Shown: piece after piece, positions 63,567 to 64,000 of the stretch
Layout: each line of letters opens with the position of its first letter
Position numbering within the stretch: the first letter of the stretch is position 1
Assembly: GCF_052425735.1 (NCBI RefSeq)
Contig: NC_135765.1
Location: 32,798,001 to 32,862,000 of the forward strand
DNA from: Oculina patagonica
Lineage: Eukaryota
Length of the DNA: 64,000 nt
Direction: 5' to 3'
Notes under the pieces: model-generated
Databases searched by the model: none
Told to the model about the DNA's origin: nothing
The model's input: only the letters and a program-made list of their open reading frames with translations
Program-made: the position numbers and the translations under genes

Positions 63567-64000
63567 TGCTTAAATGGCCGTTCATTTTCATAGCTCCGTC
63601 ATCCAGACGTTTTTGCATCTGAAATGGAATCGCCAGCTACCCAGGCTCATATACCGATATAAGCCGTAATCGTATTTTTTTATGCGGACTTTAGCCGTAA
63701 TACTGGAATGCGTCTGATCAAATCGCGGCGAATCACGGTAATAATACAATATAAAGAAAAAATCTATTTTTTTCACGTATTATGCCAAACGCCCTCTAAA
63801 GTCACACTGTGCATTGCCGAGACAAAAAAAAAAAAACTCCCACACCTCCAAGAATTTAATTTATTTGCGCAAATCAAAAGAGAATCAGTAATCATAGGAT
63901 GCTTAAAGATTGATTTTAGTCTAAGATGCATGTTTTATTTCGTTCTTTATAGGCACATTTACAATATAAAGAAGACGTCGACATCTTACATTTTAATAAA

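Overview
Eukaryotic, AT-rich, repeat-rich DNA with GT-AG introns and a 500-N assembly gap (14097-14596). The repeat and GPCR repertoire suggests an anthozoan, probably a stony coral (inference). Genes: (i) four minus-strand paralogues of a two-coding-exon secreted protein with a signal peptide, a PAN/Apple domain and a ~200-aa domain I cannot name, which has a conserved framework and variable loops; (ii) a tandemly duplicated pair of single-coding-exon class A GPCRs (A1-B1-A2-B2); (iii) a two-exon MFSD6-like transporter. Mobile DNA: a 5.8-kb rearranged, doubly palindromic Sola3 derivative; a 5'-truncated L2-type LINE fused to a SINE; nested Helentron-like non-autonomous elements; Crypton-like hairpin elements; and many MITEs with 5-bp, 9-bp, TA or TTAA target duplications. 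The best candidate for an undescribed system is the PAN plus variable-loop gene family. All identities quoted are hand counts and approximate.
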